Positions 19,051-29,208 of a DNA stretch of 64,000 nucleotides are shown piece by piece (the first letter of the stretch is position 1; every line of letters starts with the position of its first letter). The notes under the pieces are model-generated. The model saw only the letters and a list, made by a program, of their open reading frames with translations, made no database searches and was not told where the DNA came from. The DNA is from Candidatus Marinamargulisbacteria bacterium SCGC AG-343-D04. Its GTDB lineage: Bacteria; Margulisbacteria; Marinamargulisbacteria; GCA-2716485; GCA-002719695. A program made the translations under genes and the position numbers. Where the stretch lies: NCBI GenBank assembly GCA_003265885.1, contig QFBQ01000001.1, positions 4,215-68,214 on the forward strand, given 5' to 3'.

Positions 19051-19106
19051 GATTAGACATCCAAGACACGCAACTCTGTAAGCATTTCATTTCAAACTCA
19101 AAAAAT

Positions 19107-19688
19107 TCACACATCCGTTACATTAGGAGAAGTTAATTCCAAAGAAAATACTGGAGCAGAAGAAGGGGCTAAACCTTTAATGGGTGTAAGCTTTGGAATA
19201 GAAGACATTGAATTACTCACACGTAAAACAGAACCAGCAGCGACTGAAGAATCGTAAACAACCGGAGCTCCGAAAATCATTGACGATGAGTCGTCTGAGT
19301 TTAAAGAAGATCTTCTTATAGGCGTAGTAAGAGAGGGAGTGATAAAGTTTCTAGGATTAGAATGAGGGGGGGGAGCATGGTTAATAAAAGAAGGATGGCT
19401 CGTGTGGTACTCATGAGCAGGAGTTTGATTAGGGGTAGCAAACAATGCATCAACATTAGTTTCTGCACTTGAATTATAAATAATAATAGGAAAGAAACTT
19501 TTAGGTCTAACATTATCATCTATCGACGTATAAGAATGATAAGAAACTCCAGAGGCATTCATATCTTGATTATTTTGAACCTCGATATTATGAGCCCTGC
19601 CATTCACCTTATCCTTCTTATCCTTATTTTTCGATCTTTCACAAAAACAGTTTTTTTTAAAAAAAAACTTTAATAATCCACAACGCAT
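19107..19688 (-). CDS. Hypothetical Ser/Pro-rich protein
   Basis: The ATG at 19688 is preceded by a strong SD (AGAGGAGA, then 6 nt), so it is preferred over the listed 19745. Low-complexity sequence rich in S/T-P. A T8A9 tract lies at codons 7-12. Confidence 0.5.
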   Translation of the reverse strand: MRCGLLKFFFKKNCFCERSKNKDKKDKVNGRAHNIEVQNNQDMNASGVSYHSYTSIDDNVRPKSFFPIIIYNSSAETNVDALFATPNQTPAHEYHTSHPSFINHAPPPHSNPRNFITPSLTTPIRRSSLNSDDSSSMIFGAPVVYDSSVAAGSVLRVSNSMSSIPKLTPIKGLAPSSAPVFSLELTSPNVTDV

Positions 19689-20149
19689 CTTACATCTCCT
19701 CTTTAAATTATATTCTTCTACGGTAAAATCTGTAATATTATACAATATTAACCGAAATAATTCAATAAAATAACAAAAAAAACATCACAAAGAAACTAAA
19801 TACAAATAAAGTTTAACAAAAAAACAAAAAATAAAAACATAAAACAAATTTTAAAAAAAATAAAAAAATTAAAATTACAAAAAAAATATAATATCATAAA
19901 AAAATAACTTCAAGTTTTATCGAGGGACAAAAATCATTAACAATCTACCGTTATTAACCTTTGAACTAACCACAGAGTTATCTGCTAGTTTAGATCATTA
20001 ACAATGACATTATTGCCTAAAGTTTACTCCTCTAAAGAGTCATAAACATACTCACCAGTTCTAACCCAACTCTTTCTTTAAAAGAAAAAAGCTAATTTCA
20101 GCAAATAGAAATATAAAAAACACCGAAATCAACTATAGAAATTTCCTTA

Positions 20150-20863
20150 TTAAAAAAAGTCTGCATCCTCAACATATTGAGAACGCTCATCTTTTTTTAT
20201 AGGTATAGGACCTTGATAATACAACTTAACCACATCGATAAGCATACGGGGCATGACTGTTTTATCAGCTGCCAATAATACAAATTGCATTTGCAACAAC
20301 CCTCCTGAAGACCCTTCTTGATAAGGATTCCAAATATCATCCCCTATTCCTAAATTTCCATCTACAAAACGGTCAAAAGGAATAATAACCACTTTCCAAC
20401 CTAACCAATCCACTTTAACGGTATGGATAAATTTGTCATCAGCAAGTGTTTCAGAAGAAACATTAGGATGAGGCTCTAATTCAAAGTTATCATTATCATC
20501 ATCAAAGAGTTCTACAATTAAAACCCCACTTTTTGATCCATACCCTCTAATCACTAACTTAATCGCATTATAATTTGTAACATCCACCCCAAAATAGGTC
20601 CCACAGCCCCCTACATACCAGTCTTTAGGATCACCTTTTAAAGACATCGATCGATTTCCTAAATATTTAAATTCACTTAAATTATTAGGTTCAACAGATA
20701 ATTCAATATCATCAAAACCCCACCACTCTGGCATCTTTTTCAAATCAGCATCTTCAAAATCATCAACAATAAAAAGATTATCGGGTTGAGGCTGAAAGAT
20801 CACAGCTCCAAAAAGTGGTATACTTAAAAGAATACAAAAAAGAATTGAAAGCAGTCGCATCAC
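20150..20863 (-). CDS. Secreted hypothetical protein (possible carbohydrate-binding beta-sandwich)
   Basis: Signal peptide MMRLLSILFCILLSIPLFGA. The Trp/Asp-rich beta-type sequence carries no firm motif. There is a 4-nt overlap with tilS. Confidence 0.4.
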   Translation of the reverse strand: MMRLLSILFCILLSIPLFGAVIFQPQPDNLFIVDDFEDADLKKMPEWWGFDDIELSVEPNNLSEFKYLGNRSMSLKGDPKDWYVGGCGTYFGVDVTNYNAIKLVIRGYGSKSGVLIVELFDDDNDNFELEPHPNVSSETLADDKFIHTVKVDWLGWKVVIIPFDRFVDGNLGIGDDIWNPYQEGSSGGLLQMQFVLLAADKTVMPRMLIDVVKLYYQGPIPIKKDERSQYVEDADFF

Positions 20864-22293
20864 TTATAAGATAGCATATGTTTAGTAGGGTTTGTCAAAG
20901 AATGAAAAGAAATTTTATAATAAGAATCCGAATTTTTATCTACTTTAAATTCATCATGAATACAGAGAGAAGGTAGCCACGCTACTTGTTCTGAAACAAC
21001 TACACAAGGAAAAAATAAGCGCTGGCAATAATTCACATGTTGTTTTGCAAGATACTGAGTCACCTTAATCGAAGACTGCCTACCAAAAGGAATAAAAAAA
21101 TCTTCTGGTGTCACACATCTCACAAAAAAGTCTTCCGAATCAGACGAAAAAAAAGCAACATTTTCACCAGACCTATACTCTTCTAACACCTCATCACATC
21201 GTTCTATACAGATAGAGTAGTTCATAAACTCTACATAGGTTCCAAGTTTAATCTTTTCTTTCTTGATAAATTTGTTTGAATCAAACAAAAAGTATACACA
21301 AGAATCATATAAAAAAACCCGACATCCCTTTGGAAGCATTATAATTTCACCCGAATCCCCTTCCTTTAGTTTGATAGCAATAGACTCCACACTAGAGTAT
21401 GGAATATCAAACTGAGAACTCAAATATCCTTTCAACGATGAGCTATTTAAATAACGAGAAAAAACCAATCGAACACAATCATAAATAACCTGACATAATG
21501 CGGAATCAGACCGACCTAACACCCCCTTCATATCACAATAAAAATACGTCTCTGTTTCAAACACTGATACCTTTTCATCTAGAGATGAATACAACATATC
21601 TTGAAAGGTATCTAAACGAGAAAAGGTCTGAGTTAAACAAGTAGAGAAATTGGGATTAATCTCTTTTAAAAGAGGTATTAATTCATGTCTCACTTTGTTA
21701 CGCGTGAACACAACATCTTCATTAGTAGAGTCCACACAATATTTCAGCTTATTATCATGTAAATAATCTAAAATCTGAGTTTTTGAAAAGCTCAATAAAG
21801 GGCGGGTCACTGGAATCCGCCCCTCTCTATTGATTGAAGTTAATTTCGATGAAAACGAAACCCCACGAAGCAACTGCATAACAGCCGTTTCATCAAGATC
21901 GTCCTTATGATGGCCTGTCACAATGGCTTCGCAAGAAAACAATTTAGCATAATGCATCAAAAGTGCCTGTCTCAAGTAATGACCTGACGCTTCAATAGAT
22001 AGCCCAAAACGTTTACTCACAAAGACAACCGGTATAGATTTCACAATAGACTTTACACCCATAGACTCTGCAAAAGCATTAACAAAATTAATATCCTTCT
22101 GACAGTCTTCTTTAGATCTCACACCATGATTAAAATAAAGCAAAACCAAGGAAGAATATCCACATAATTTCAACAAATAAGCCAAGCACACACTATCTGG
22201 CCCCCCTGAAAAAGACACAAGCAAACGCTGATCACGTGAAAACAAACGCTGCTTAACAATAAATTCTTGAAAAGACTGTTTTAAAGAGACCAT
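20860..22293 (-). CDS. tilS: tRNA(Ile)-lysidine synthase
   Basis: PP-loop motif SGGPDS near the N-terminus. The length and C-terminal domain fit TilS. Confidence 0.85.
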   Translation of the reverse strand: MVSLKQSFQEFIVKQRLFSRDQRLLVSFSGGPDSVCLAYLLKLCGYSSLVLLYFNHGVRSKEDCQKDINFVNAFAESMGVKSIVKSIPVVFVSKRFGLSIEASGHYLRQALLMHYAKLFSCEAIVTGHHKDDLDETAVMQLLRGVSFSSKLTSINREGRIPVTRPLLSFSKTQILDYLHDNKLKYCVDSTNEDVVFTRNKVRHELIPLLKEINPNFSTCLTQTFSRLDTFQDMLYSSLDEKVSVFETETYFYCDMKGVLGRSDSALCQVIYDCVRLVFSRYLNSSSLKGYLSSQFDIPYSSVESIAIKLKEGDSGEIIMLPKGCRVFLYDSCVYFLFDSNKFIKKEKIKLGTYVEFMNYSICIERCDEVLEEYRSGENVAFFSSDSEDFFVRCVTPEDFFIPFGRQSSIKVTQYLAKQHVNYCQRLFFPCVVVSEQVAWLPSLCIHDEFKVDKNSDSYYKISFHSLTNPTKHMLSYK

Positions 22294-23841
22294 CTACATA
22301 CGTTGTGGAGCAGAAATCCCACATAAATTCAAAGCATTCTTTAAAATATCCTTTGTAAATGTCACTAAACACAAGCGTTTACGCTGTGTTTCATCATCTG
22401 AAGATTTTATAGGACAATGCTCATAAAAAACATGGAAAGCTTTAGCAAGCTGAACACAGTATTGTGTTAACTTATAGGGAGATAAAGACGATGTCGCATC
22501 CCAAACCACATCATAAAAAAGCAAGCATAATGTTGCAAGAGCACGTTCTTCAGGCGTAAAGGAAACCTTCCCATCAAAGGGTTTAACATCATCAAATTTA
22601 CTCAGCAATGTACACATGCGTGCATGAGCATACTGAACATAAAACACAGGATTTTCAGCATTTTTTTGTTTAGCTAACTCCAAATCAAAATCTATCGTAG
22701 AATCAGAACTTTTATGAAGCAAAAAATAAGATGTTGCATCAACCCCAATTTCATCGATCACCTCATCCAATGTAATCATTTCTCCCGTACGCTTAGACAT
22801 CCGAACAGCCTCCCCATTACGAAAAAGACTAACCAATTGCCCTATTAACACCTTAAATTGAACATCTTTTTTTTCAGAAGTAAACGATTGAATCCCTGCT
22901 TGAACACGGGGCACATATCCATGATGATCGGCTCCCCAAATATTAATAATATAATCAAAACCACGATTCACTTTATCAAAGTGATAGGCCAAATCAACAA
23001 GAAAGTAGGTATAAGAATGATCCGATTTAATCAATACTCTATCTTTATCATCTCCAAAAGAACTTGATTTAAACCAAAGCGCATCATCAGATTCATACGA
23101 TAAGCTCGATGTCTTTAAAAATGAAAGAACATCATCAATTTTCGAAGACTCATGAAGTGATTTTTCAGAATACCAGGTATCAAACGAAACCCCTAAACGA
23201 TCTAAGGTTTGTCGTTGCTGCTGAATAATAGCCTTAACAGGATCCGCCTCAGAAGATGCCAAATCATGAATATAATGACCATGATAACCATTTTCGGGAA
23301 TTACCTTCCCTTCTTTAACGGCATTAACACTTTCATAAAACAACGAAATTTGATTTCCAGCATCATTAATATAGGTCTCTGTTTTAAAACGCTGTTGTGT
23401 AAATACAAATAAGCGACTTAAAGCTGCTCCCAAAACAGCCCATCTTCCATGTCCAACATGCAAAGGCCCTGTGGGGTTGGCAGAAACATATTCCAACAAG
23501 ATAGACTCCGAAAGTTTAGAAAATTCTGGTTTAGTCTGTAATAATTCAGACAAATACTGCCATAAATAGTCATCCAACAAATGAATATTAATAAACCCTT
23601 TTACAGATGAACATGAGTATCGATCTGAATCGCTATTAATATGGGTACATAAAGCTTCTGCAATAATCAGTGGAGATTGCTTTAAAGGCTTTGCTAATCG
23701 AAACGCAATATTTGTAGAAAAGTCTCCAAGTTCCCGATTTTTTGGGATTTCGATAACAATATCAGAATCACTTAGCTCTAACTGATGTAGTTCTTGAACA
23801 CAACGCAATATACACTGTTTAATACTATTTTTTATCATCAA
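22294..23841 (-). CDS. argS: Arginine--tRNA ligase
   Basis: HIGH-type motif PTGPLHVGHGR, KMSKS-type MSKRTG, and a C-terminal anticodon-binding domain ending in RM. Confidence 0.9.
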   Translation of the reverse strand: MMIKNSIKQCILRCVQELHQLELSDSDIVIEIPKNRELGDFSTNIAFRLAKPLKQSPLIIAEALCTHINSDSDRYSCSSVKGFINIHLLDDYLWQYLSELLQTKPEFSKLSESILLEYVSANPTGPLHVGHGRWAVLGAALSRLFVFTQQRFKTETYINDAGNQISLFYESVNAVKEGKVIPENGYHGHYIHDLASSEADPVKAIIQQQRQTLDRLGVSFDTWYSEKSLHESSKIDDVLSFLKTSSLSYESDDALWFKSSSFGDDKDRVLIKSDHSYTYFLVDLAYHFDKVNRGFDYIINIWGADHHGYVPRVQAGIQSFTSEKKDVQFKVLIGQLVSLFRNGEAVRMSKRTGEMITLDEVIDEIGVDATSYFLLHKSSDSTIDFDLELAKQKNAENPVFYVQYAHARMCTLLSKFDDVKPFDGKVSFTPEERALATLCLLFYDVVWDATSSLSPYKLTQYCVQLAKAFHVFYEHCPIKSSDDETQRKRLCLVTFTKDILKNALNLCGISAPQRM

Positions 23842-25786
23842 AATGCTGATTTAACAAATCTTGAACATGAGTTAACTTAGATAACATCGCCACACATTCA
23901 TCCTTGGTAATAATTTTATTCGGATAAAAATTATAATTTTTTGAAATAATAGACAAGCCATAGGCGCGCTCTACATAAGAACGCCCCCAATGATGACTAG
24001 GAACGTCCCAGAACGGAAAATCAGAAGAATTTTGCTTAAGCCCGGTATCCGACTCAATCAGATCGATATAACGAACAATAGCCGCTAGCGCTTCTATTCG
24101 TTTCAATGGTTTTTCTGGGTAAAAAGAATCATTTTCATCTAATGAAAAAATACCGTTATAAATCAAAAATTTAAGTGCCTGTATTTGATCAGTATCATCA
24201 ACTACATCTGAAATAGTCACAGAACTCTCTTCTACTGTTGATTCTAGCAAAAAAGGAGTCAAAAGTGTCACAAAGTCCTTCCGAGAAAGTTCCATTTTAG
24301 GCTCAAACAAATTTACTTCTTCTAAAAATCCTAAGTACATTAATTTAGCCGACAATTCATTAATCCAGTGTCCCTTTAAATCTTGATAAGGAAGTAGTTT
24401 ATAAAGAGTAATATTCTGTGTAACATCTAAAACAGTATATGAAAAATCATTAACACCTTCATCTAATGGCCAAACAAAAGAAAAATCTCCTTTTACATTC
24501 GTTGTAATTACATCATAAAAAAACTCAAAATTTTGAGGAGGAAAAATACGTCCATTAAAGGTCACCTCATCCATAAAAAAAACATCTTTATTTAAAGGAA
24601 ACTTCAACTCAAAACTAGAAGACGATTCAACAAGTATTTCATTTTTTTTCAAAAAAGTTAACACAGGTGATATTTTATAAAACAAATCATATTCATCAAC
24701 ATCATACCCTGCATCATGATCTACTAACATCCGATACTCTTCTTGAACTGCATAAACACGACTCACAATATTAATAAAGTCCACTAAAGACACTGTCTGA
24801 GACAAATCCACATTAGTCTGATCTAAAATTAAACCATTATCCAAAGCAGCTCGTATAAAACGAGCTGACCAATGAGTATCAGACAATGACGAAATCCCTA
24901 AAGGAGAAAACTGATCCTCAATAGAAAAGTCAAATACTCTTACCAAACTTACATACAGCTCAATAAATGAAACCGTCTTATCTGGATAAAAAGATCCATC
25001 TGGGAACTCCCCCATCAAATGAGAATTTAATGCATTTGAAATATAGGGGTAAAACCAATCTGCTTGTTTAACATCATTTAAGTATGAACGTTGTTTAGAA
25101 GGATCATCTTTTTTAATTCGAGTTAAAAAATAAGCAAGATCAGCACGCGTAATCTTCGAAGAAAGAGCTTTATTCTTTATATCATAAAAAAGATCATTAT
25201 TATAAAAATAGATAAGATTTTGATTAACACCTTTATATTTACTTATATCTTCAGGCTGGAACAAATAATTGATATTTTTTTGAATACACAAAAACTTATT
25301 ATCTAAGGTTGTAAACGAAATAAATACAGAGTCTTTCCCATAATCATTAAGGTTAAACACATAGGAAAAATTTCCATCATTATCAACATAAATATCTTCA
25401 GAATTTATAAATACCTTTCCCCCTAATGTATTCTTTCCTTTAATCAAAATTTTATCATCAACAGTAATCAGTTCCTCATTCCCAAACTCTAAGGAAATAA
25501 ACTCTTTGTACTCGTCCGGAATAGACGTATAAATCAATTCATCACTAACTGAATATATCTTCAACGACTCTCCTACAGAAGCGCTTACAATCTCTTCTTC
25601 CTCTTGAAGAGTATCAGCTATAGCAATTAAATCTTCAGAAGATTTATCCATACTATCAGAATAAGAAGAACTTAGCTCTAAAGAAGTAGGCACTTGTACA
25701 GGACTATCCCCCAAACAAAACAAAACTGAATTGAATGGAAAAAATAGAAGAAATAAAAGATTAATGATTAGATATTGTTTATACAT
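23825..25786 (-). CDS. SLH-domain-containing envelope protein
   Basis: Several SLH-like units, for example DVPSHHWGRSYVERAYGLSII...FYPNKIITKDECVAMLSKL. The start is set at ATG 25786 (MYKQYLIINLLF, signal-like) because the listed start at 25837 runs into tRNA-Phe. Confidence 0.6.
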   Translation of the reverse strand: MYKQYLIINLLFLLFFPFNSVLFCLGDSPVQVPTSLELSSSYSDSMDKSSEDLIAIADTLQEEEEIVSASVGESLKIYSVSDELIYTSIPDEYKEFISLEFGNEELITVDDKILIKGKNTLGGKVFINSEDIYVDNDGNFSYVFNLNDYGKDSVFISFTTLDNKFLCIQKNINYLFQPEDISKYKGVNQNLIYFYNNDLFYDIKNKALSSKITRADLAYFLTRIKKDDPSKQRSYLNDVKQADWFYPYISNALNSHLMGEFPDGSFYPDKTVSFIELYVSLVRVFDFSIEDQFSPLGISSLSDTHWSARFIRAALDNGLILDQTNVDLSQTVSLVDFINIVSRVYAVQEEYRMLVDHDAGYDVDEYDLFYKISPVLTFLKKNEILVESSSSFELKFPLNKDVFFMDEVTFNGRIFPPQNFEFFYDVITTNVKGDFSFVWPLDEGVNDFSYTVLDVTQNITLYKLLPYQDLKGHWINELSAKLMYLGFLEEVNLFEPKMELSRKDFVTLLTPFLLESTVEESSVTISDVVDDTDQIQALKFLIYNGIFSLDENDSFYPEKPLKRIEALAAIVRYIDLIESDTGLKQNSSDFPFWDVPSHHWGRSYVERAYGLSIISKNYNFYPNKIITKDECVAMLSKLTHVQDLLNQHFDDKK

Positions 25787-25804
25787 AATTAAAATCTTAA
25801 ATAG

Positions 25805-25880
<76 letters not shown>

Positions 25881-25887
25881 ATAGTAA

Positions 25888-25963
25888 TGGAGCCGACGGT
25901 CGGATTCGAACCAACGACCTACTGATTACAAATCAGTTGCTCTACCAACTGAGCTACGCCGGC
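25888..25963 (-). tRNA. tRNA-Thr (anticodon UGU), CCA encoded
   Basis: The reverse complement folds by hand as a cloverleaf: acceptor GCCGGCG/CGTCGGC (one G-U pair), anticodon stem ACTGA/TCAGT with loop TTTGTAA, T-loop TTCGAAT, 3' CCA. Confidence 0.95.
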
Positions 25964-25989
25964 CTTACTCCACTAGAGTTAAGAATTCT

Positions 25990-26018
25990 ATAATATTAAA
26001 GCATATTTTGTCTAGCAA
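25990..26018 (-). promoter_or_regulatory. Candidate sigma70-type promoter for the tRNA-Thr/tRNA-Phe transcript
   Basis: The reverse strand reads TTGCTA, 17 nt, TATTAT, about 26 nt upstream of the tRNA-Thr 5' end. Confidence 0.35.
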
Positions 26019-26023
26019 AGAAT

Positions 26024-26983
26024 TTATGTTTTTATAGCTCTAAACAGAGCTCTTAAAGGTGCTTGATAGCCTTCTATCGTTTTAGAACAATCCTCATTCA
26101 AGTAATCCACTAAAGACATTCCTGTTGCCCAAGAACTAACACGTTGTTCCATTATTGATGTATATGATACATCTAAACACTCCACCGACTCAAAACCGTT
26201 TCCCTTCAACCAAGACTTTACAACAGAAACAGACGGAATAAAAAATACATTTCTCATACTCGCATATCTACCTTCAGGGCAAAGACAAAGGTCATCCTCA
26301 GAATCATATACCAAGGTTTCAAAAATTAATTCCCCTCCTTTTTTCAAGGGCATTCCAAGCCTTTTTAAAAATAAAAAGGGATCCTTTTGATGATACAACA
26401 CCCCCATACAGACAACGATATCAAACAAAACTTTCATCTTATCACAACTTTGCCACCCTAAAGGCAAAAGCGATACCTTGGACTGCTGAAAAAGTGCTTG
26501 AAGAGATAAAAATTGAAAAAAATACTGCAACTGAGGATCAAGTCCACATACCCTTTTTGCCCCATCACCAGCAAATCTATACAAAAAATATCCATTCCCA
26601 CACCCCACATCCAAAATCACTTTATCTGAAAAATCAAAATAAGAACGTAATCGATCATATTTCATCTGACATTGCCACTCCGCATCAATACAAACATCAT
26701 TCACGCAAAAAGGCCCTTTTTTCCAAGGCTTTAAATTAGAAAAATAAGACATAAAATCAAAATCTGAAGAAGGCTGTCCCTGAATAGACACTACTCCATC
26801 CTGAATAGAAAACGTTGATTCTAAAAAAGATGGAAGACGTTCTAATAACGGGAGTTGTTTACGTACATATTTATTATCCAATACTTTATAAAGCTGTTCA
26901 TTTATACCCTCATGGTACGTATGTAAAAAAAACGGCCTATGATCATTAAAAAGATCTTCAATAAACGCATCAAGCATAAACAA
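26024..26983 (-). CDS. cmoB: tRNA U34 carboxymethyltransferase CmoB
   Basis: KPWKKGPF and IDAEWQCQMKYDRL segments match the characteristic CmoB N-terminal region. SAM motif LDVGCGNGY. Confidence 0.75.
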   Translation of the reverse strand: MFMLDAFIEDLFNDHRPFFLHTYHEGINEQLYKVLDNKYVRKQLPLLERLPSFLESTFSIQDGVVSIQGQPSSDFDFMSYFSNLKPWKKGPFCVNDVCIDAEWQCQMKYDRLRSYFDFSDKVILDVGCGNGYFLYRFAGDGAKRVCGLDPQLQYFFQFLSLQALFQQSKVSLLPLGWQSCDKMKVLFDIVVCMGVLYHQKDPFLFLKRLGMPLKKGGELIFETLVYDSEDDLCLCPEGRYASMRNVFFIPSVSVVKSWLKGNGFESVECLDVSYTSIMEQRVSSWATGMSLVDYLNEDCSKTIEGYQAPLRALFRAIKT

Positions 26984-27032
26984 AGTCTACGAAGCTAAAC
27001 TAAGAAAATCAATAGACCATAAAAGAAAAGAA

Positions 27033-28382
27033 CTACAGTAACTCCATAGATTTCAATATAGAATCCGTAACACGCCTCAAAAAAGGAGTAGAGTATGCCT
27101 CATAAGCTAAAAGAGTAAAAAAAACACCATAAATAGAACAAGAAAGAGGTAACAATTTCAAAGGACTCTTGATAATCTTTTCAGGTTGCTTAACAAATTC
27201 ATACGCAATCCACAAAATACCATAAACCAGGACCAATACAGACAAAACAAACAATAGTGACTGCTTCACTTCATAGAAAAACTGTATAGACTGCTGAACC
27301 AACAAAAGAGTCAAAAACGAAGTAACCCATAAGATCATTTTCTTACAACGTTTTTTAAAAAACTCATCCAACGCATCAACCATCACAAAGCGATGAGCCA
27401 TCAACATAAACAAAAAAGGAAACACATACGCAATATAACGAGCAAGTTTAGTATGCCCTGAAAACGAAAAAAGAACCAAAGCAGGCAAGAATCCAGCTGC
27501 TATAACCAAATAATAATGATTTTCTTTAAAAATAGAGACCACTTTTTTTCTAAAAAAAGAGCCTACAAACAAAAATGTATAGGGAATCAATCCAATTAAT
27601 GTATATAAAGGTAATCCATAAAAATCAAACCGAATCGTTGCTCCAGGCCTAGTAGATTTAACATATCGTCCAGTATTATCATAAATAAATTCTTTGACAA
27701 AATCCAAAGAACTTACAGACACTTGCCCCATAAACCATGGTAAATTGATCAAAACTATCGCTAGTATCAAAAAAAGACCATCTCTAACACACAACCAAAA
27801 CGATCGTCGATAAATCACAGTCATCAAACAAATAAAAATGCCCGCCAACCCCAAACAAATAGAAAAACGACTTAAGCTTCCTATAGAAATACAAAGAAAT
27901 GCCAAAAACAAATGAGTCCAACGTTTTTTATCACAATACAAGGTATAAAAACCACAAAAACCAAAAAAAGAAATGGCTGCCGGCCAGTCGTACATAGGCG
28001 TTCTCGCTAAATAAACAGACCCTAAACATGACACATAAAAAAAGCATGTCAGCGATGATACCACTCGATTATTCCAAAATCTAAATGAAAAATAATACAG
28101 AAAAAAGCACCCTAAAACAGATACCAGCACATTAAAAAGATTCAATGCATACAAAGAGGGTCCAAAAAATTTAATAGCTATCGCCGCTGTCCATATCAGT
28201 AAAGGTCCATGAGATTGATCATTTTCTCCTTGAAACCAATCCCAAGTCTGTGTAAATTTAAATGCAGCGTCTGACCAATTATTAATATCCCCATCCGTAA
28301 TAGGGAAATAAGCAAAAGGCCATGAAAACAACACAAATGACGTTGCAAGAAGAATCCATAAGTGTCTAGTAAAGATGCTCAT
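27033..28382 (-). CDS. GT39/GT83-type membrane glycosyltransferase (ArnT/PMT-like)
   Basis: 449-aa polytopic protein with an acidic motif in the first periplasmic loop (TDGDINNW). The architecture is typical of ArnT/PMT-fold transferases. Confidence 0.5.
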   Translation of the reverse strand: MSIFTRHLWILLATSFVLFSWPFAYFPITDGDINNWSDAAFKFTQTWDWFQGENDQSHGPLLIWTAAIAIKFFGPSLYALNLFNVLVSVLGCFFLYYFSFRFWNNRVVSSLTCFFYVSCLGSVYLARTPMYDWPAAISFFGFCGFYTLYCDKKRWTHLFLAFLCISIGSLSRFSICLGLAGIFICLMTVIYRRSFWLCVRDGLFLILAIVLINLPWFMGQVSVSSLDFVKEFIYDNTGRYVKSTRPGATIRFDFYGLPLYTLIGLIPYTFLFVGSFFRKKVVSIFKENHYYLVIAAGFLPALVLFSFSGHTKLARYIAYVFPFLFMLMAHRFVMVDALDEFFKKRCKKMILWVTSFLTLLLVQQSIQFFYEVKQSLLFVLSVLVLVYGILWIAYEFVKQPEKIIKSPLKLLPLSCSIYGVFFTLLAYEAYSTPFLRRVTDSILKSMELL

Positions 28383-28476
28383 AATGGTACTTTTAAAATA
28401 ATAACATCAAAGACCCATTTGATCCATTCATTCACACAAAAATGAGGCCATGATACACTAACATGGAGATAGCCCG

Positions 28477-29208
28477 ATGATAAAAAATAAAGACCTCATT
28501 GCAAACTTTAAAGACTCTACGCTAATCATTGTTGTCACATATAGACGAAAAAACATCATTCAGCTCTCCATAGAAAACATTCTCAACATAATCAACAAAC
28601 GAAAAAACACCTATATGGTCATTATAAATAACCATTCCTCAGAAGAGGTTAACACCTATGTACGTAGTATCGACCATCCTCAATGTGTAAACATCCAACT
28701 TCCTTTTAATTTTGGGAAAGCTCTAGCTGCAAATTTCTTTTTCAAAGATTACATATCACACAAGAATTTGCCTAAAACTATCATATCCTTAGATCCAGAC
28801 ACAGTCTTTAGCAAAGAAAGTTTCGAAAAATTAGTCTCTGCATCTATTAATCTGCCTCAATGCGGTATGATAGGAATGAGATACACCAAGAATAACTGTA
28901 ATCCTGAGCGAAATTTGTTTTTTAAGCCTAAAAAAATAAAAAGTAACTCTAACAACATATATTCACTAAGTTGCCCATTCATGTGCACTGTAGCGGGCCC
29001 TATATTTGCTGTAGAAGGAAAAAAGATACTGAATGAATGCAACAATGAACTATTCCCCAAAAAAGTAATCAAAGTATACGGAGGAGATGACTCGGCTCTC
29101 TACAATAAACTACGAAAAAAATATATCAACGGATATCTAGAAGGCACAGAAGCTACGCATATGCACTCTGGAAACAAAACTTGTATTCCAAAAGAACTAG
29201 ATCAATGA
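28477..29208 (+). CDS. GT-A fold glycosyltransferase (family 2-like)
   Basis: N-terminal beta-strand IIVVTYRR, DPD (DxD-like) motif, and a SD (GGAGA) upstream. Confidence 0.5.
   Translation: MIKNKDLIANFKDSTLIIVVTYRRKNIIQLSIENILNIINKRKNTYMVIINNHSSEEVNTYVRSIDHPQCVNIQLPFNFGKALAANFFFKDYISHKNLPKTIISLDPDTVFSKESFEKLVSASINLPQCGMIGMRYTKNNCNPERNLFFKPKKIKSNSNNIYSLSCPFMCTVAGPIFAVEGKKILNECNNELFPKKVIKVYGGDDSALYNKLRKKYINGYLEGTEATHMHSGNKTCIPKELDQ

Noticed and set aside
19933-20005. 12-nt direct repeat ATCATTAACAAT at 19933-19944 and 19994-20005.
   Set aside because: It is short and AT-rich with only two copies. It is plausibly chance in this composition, so it is noted only as context for the long intergenic region.
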